A DNA stretch of 47,851 nt from Ignavibacteria bacterium UBA961. GTDB taxonomy: Bacteria; Bacteroidota; Ignavibacteria; Kapaibacteriales; UBA961. The position numbers were made by a program, and so were the translations under genes. The stretch is from assembly GCA_002293005.1 (NCBI GenBank), contig DBCJ01000128.1, forward strand, positions 6,204-54,054. The letters run 5' to 3'. The stretch's first letter is position 1, and the number at the start of each line of letters is the position of its first letter. The notes beneath the pieces were generated by a model. That model saw nothing but the letters and a program-made list of their open reading frames with translations, did no database searches and was not told the origin of the DNA. Shown in pieces: positions 45,189 to 47,851 of the stretch.

Positions 45189-45784
45189 AGTGTCTTGTAC
45201 TCCTCTATGACATTGCATGCAAATTCATAGGATGAAAGTGTGCCTTCTTCTCGGAGAATATTCATGGAATCCAGAATCTCCTCCATTGAAACACCAATAT
45301 TCAATGAACCTCTTAGATGAGATATGAATTGATGTTTCCATTGTCCTAAAGCAAGAATGACAAGATTGATGAGTTCTCTGTATGTAATATCCAAGCTTGG
45401 TCTGGCAAGTGTTTTACCATAACCGTCAAGTATCATCCAGCGGGCTAGATCGGGTGATATGTTTGTCATTTTTGACATCATTTTATCAAAGACAGAGGTG
45501 TAAATCTCTTTGCATAATTGTGTCCCTCTTTGTTCAAAAAGTTCAAGATTGAATTCTTCTCTTGATTTGTCAATCGGACCATATATGGAATATAAAGCAT
45601 TGAGTCCTTCAATCGAAGCAGGATACCCCGCAAAGAGATGAATCTGTAATATCGCTTCATAAATTTCTTCATGAGGAATATTACATTCATGTGCTTTTTG
45701 AAGATGTACATTGACCCGCTCCATATTATTTGAAGCAAGAGCAATCACAATGCGAAGGAGAAGATTTCTGTTTTGTTCAATCAT
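45185..45784 (-). CDS. carboxymuconolactone decarboxylase (CMD/AhpD-like) family protein
   Basis: 199-aa ORF. EEIYEAILQIHLFAGYPASIEGLNAL and a second helix-rich half fit a two-repeat CMD-family fold. No AhpD CxxC motif is present. Function is unknown. Confidence 0.6.
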   Translation of the reverse strand: MIEQNRNLLLRIVIALASNNMERVNVHLQKAHECNIPHEEIYEAILQIHLFAGYPASIEGLNALYSIYGPIDKSREEFNLELFEQRGTQLCKEIYTSVFDKMMSKMTNISPDLARWMILDGYGKTLARPSLDITYRELINLVILALGQWKHQFISHLRGSLNIGVSMEEILDSMNILREEGTLSSYEFACNVIEEYKTL

Positions 45785-46391
45785 GAGGATATCGGCCGGA
45801 TAAGAATGCTGATAATGCTTTGCTTAATTGAATTCCTGCTTTTGCGCGATGACTCATCGCATTTTTCCTTGATGAATCCATTTCTGCAAATGTTTGTTCT
45901 TCGCCATCGGGAATGAAAATGGAATCATAACCAAATCCTTTGTCTCCGGCTTCTTCTTTGGTAATGACTCCTTCACAAATTCCTTGAGCTGAGAAAGATA
46001 TATCATGAGATATGAAATGGAGAACAGTGCGGAATCTAGCTTTGCGATTGTCATGCATGGTTAATACATGGAGGAGTTTTTCTCTATTCGCTTTGTCATT
46101 TCCATGTTCACCGGCATATCTTGCGCTAATTACTCCGGGTGACATATTGAGAGAATATACTTCGAGTCCGGTATCATCAGAAATCACAGGCATTTGAGTC
46201 ATTTCAAAAAGAGCTTTTGCCTTGATAAATGCATTTTCTTCCAATGTCGCACCTGTCTCATCTATCTCAGGTGAATCTTCACCGAAATATGACTTCTGAG
46301 AAATGAGTTCTATTGGCAAAGAAAAACTTGCAAAAATACCGGCCAATTCTTCTATTTTATGTCTATTGTTTGAGGCGATCAATATCTTCAT
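45777..46391 (-). CDS. rdgB: non-canonical purine NTP pyrophosphatase (dITP/XTP pyrophosphatase, Ham1/RdgB)
   Basis: Motifs MKILIASNN.HK..E, SDDTGLEV, FGYDSIF.P and SHRAKA. Confidence 0.9.
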   Translation of the reverse strand: MKILIASNNRHKIEELAGIFASFSLPIELISQKSYFGEDSPEIDETGATLEENAFIKAKALFEMTQMPVISDDTGLEVYSLNMSPGVISARYAGEHGNDKANREKLLHVLTMHDNRKARFRTVLHFISHDISFSAQGICEGVITKEEAGDKGFGYDSIFIPDGEEQTFAEMDSSRKNAMSHRAKAGIQLSKALSAFLSGRYPHD

Positions 46392-47473
46392 GAAATGTAT
46401 TCCAATATCTCAAGCATAGAATGATTCAATCGTTTTAATTCTGCATCAGTGTAAAGAACCATATGTCCTATTCGAAAAACTTTTGACTTCCATTGTTCTT
46501 GTCCGCCTGCTACTATAATGCCTTTTTGTTTCAGTGATTCAATGATCTTCTCTGATTTACTATGATGCACAATACTCACGCCATTGGAATGAAATGCATG
46601 ATTCATCGTGCAATCTTTCCATTCAGAAATCATATTGCGAATCTTCTCTGCTTGCTGAATTAATTTGTTTTGATACGCTTCATCTTGAAGTATTTGTGTA
46701 CAAGAAGAAAGAAGTGCCGAAACAATCGGTAGTGGAGGCGTGAATGCAGGTGCATTATTACGAGAAGCATGAATCAAATCATGAAGATTATGCACCATGC
46801 TTACTTGTACTCTGTTTCGCTCCAAATTATCTTGTATATGTTCTGAAGCTCTTCTGCTGAATGCAATGATGCAAGCTCCCGGAGGTGATGCCAATGCTTT
46901 TTGAGATGCACTAAATATACAATCGATACCGAATGATTGCATATGTATGTTCTCGAGAATCAAACTACTTACGGCATCAACAATGATGAAAGTATCAGGT
47001 GCTTGTTTTCTGATTATGGAACAGAATCTATCAAGAGGAATAGTGATTCCAGTGGATGTCTCTGTATGCGTAATCCATACAGAATGAAATGAGTCAGTAG
47101 AAAGAATATGCTCGAGTGTTTCTTCGGAAAATGACTCACCCCATTCGACTGTAATTGTTAGAACTTCATGCCCAAAAATATTTCCCAATTCCCTCCATCG
47201 AGTGGAGAATCGACCATTGACAAGCATGAGAATCTTTGATCCATTAGGAACCATGCCACGCATTATGATTTCAGCACCAGTTGTCCCGGAGCCCGGAGCA
47301 ATCACAATATCATCATCTGTCTTGATTATCTTTCGTAATGATGCTTTCAACTCTTCATGTACAATCATGAATTGTTCAGATTTATGATAGAGTAATGCAT
47401 GCATCGCTTGACCCGTTCTATCAGAGATTGGAACAGGTCCGGGAGTGAAATACAATGTATTGGTTTCAGGCAT
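46388..47473 (-). CDS. class V pyridoxal-phosphate aminotransferase (serine-pyruvate / alanine-glyoxylate / phosphoserine aminotransferase-like)
   Basis: 361-aa ORF with the FTPGPVPIS N-terminus, GSGTTGAE, the DAVSS Asp and PLP-Lys in SASQKALASPPG. Confidence 0.85.
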   Translation of the reverse strand: MPETNTLYFTPGPVPISDRTGQAMHALLYHKSEQFMIVHEELKASLRKIIKTDDDIVIAPGSGTTGAEIIMRGMVPNGSKILMLVNGRFSTRWRELGNIFGHEVLTITVEWGESFSEETLEHILSTDSFHSVWITHTETSTGITIPLDRFCSIIRKQAPDTFIIVDAVSSLILENIHMQSFGIDCIFSASQKALASPPGACIIAFSRRASEHIQDNLERNRVQVSMVHNLHDLIHASRNNAPAFTPPLPIVSALLSSCTQILQDEAYQNKLIQQAEKIRNMISEWKDCTMNHAFHSNGVSIVHHSKSEKIIESLKQKGIIVAGGQEQWKSKVFRIGHMVLYTDAELKRLNHSMLEILEYIS

Positions 47474-47537
47474 CGGAGTTCATCAAAAGAGTATATTGCA
47501 AAGTTATCGTTTTGAATTCATTTTAGTGCTTTTCCCC

Positions 47538-47851
47538 ATGCAAATCGAACATTCTATTGTACTTATCACCGGAGCTTCATCAGGAATTGGACTTTCCTTG
47601 ACAAAACAATTTCTTCAAAAGGGAGCTATTGTCTGTGCCTTTTCACGAAGAGGTGTTCCTGAAGATGTTAAAGATCAATTTCCGAATACTCTCATGGATT
47701 ATACGGGCGATATAGGTAAGGTACAAGATGTGAAAGCCTGCATGGATGCAATTGGCGAAAGATTCGGTTCGCTGAGCATCGTAATTGCGAATGCCGGCAT
47801 GGCGCATTTTGAGAATCTTGCGGAAATGAAAGATGAAATTGCAGAAGAGAT
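47538..47851 (+). CDS. short-chain dehydrogenase/reductase (SDR), N-terminal fragment running off the window
   Basis: Not in the ORF track. My translation from ATG 47538 is MQIEHSIVLITGASSGIGLSLTKQFLQKGAIVCAFSRR...SIVIANAGMAHF..., containing the TGxxxGIG cofactor loop and the NAG motif. Confidence 0.8.
   Translation, partial: MQIEHSIVLITGASSGIGLSLTKQFLQKGAIVCAFSRRGVPEDVKDQFPNTLMDYTGDIGKVQDVKACMDAIGERFGSLSIVIANAGMAHFENLAEMKDEIAEE

Noticed and set aside
1-47851. Search by eye for tRNA/rRNA/tmRNA, CRISPR repeats, IS elements, integrases, toxin-antitoxin pairs, restriction-modification or other known defence genes, and long direct or inverted DNA repeats
   Set aside because: None found. Every ORF over 130 aa not nested in another gene is accounted for by the calls above. 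Intergenic spacers are short (0-242 nt) and show no repeat arrays or tRNA-like T-arm motifs. Manual inspection could miss short or diverged repeats, so a computed self-dot-plot would be the proper check.

Overview
AT-rich, very gene-dense chromosomal window. I call 36 protein-coding genes, two of them partial at the window edges. I found no rRNA or tRNA, no CRISPR array, and no transposase, integrase or phage genes. The gene content includes a 2341-aa SprA, the type IX secretion (T9SS) translocon, and four large secreted proteins ending in T9SS C-terminal sorting domains. It also includes PtsN and an OmpH/Skp-like gene directly upstream of murI. Together these point to an FCB-group bacterium (Bacteroidota, Ignavibacteriota or Chlorobi-like). 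A database search is needed to go finer. Most of the window is housekeeping: murI, accC, thrS, pyrF, nadK, alr, asd, dacB, rdgB, meaB, a polyprenyl synthase and a DAACS transporter. These genes are packed into operons with 4-8 nt start/stop overlaps. The accessory content is T9SS-related: sprA flanked by two markedly AT-richer genes (a GT9 glycosyltransferase and a 785-aa cargo protein), an NPCBM-GH27 alpha-galactosidase, and a lipoprotein / S8 protease / SBBP-Ig protein operon. I see no obvious defence island or mobile element. The most unusual signals are at residue and operon level. (1) A PFK homologue has its catalytic and substrate residues replaced while its allosteric-site residues are kept, and it heads a tightly coupled operon with DUF1844, NAD kinase and a HAD phosphatase. 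(2) An 834-aa nucleotidyltransferase fusion has a phosphohexomutase-like half in which all four signature loops are degenerate. (3) sprA is translationally coupled to a GT9 glycosyltransferase. All motif comparisons are from memory, without alignment tools, so novelty cannot be asserted without searches.
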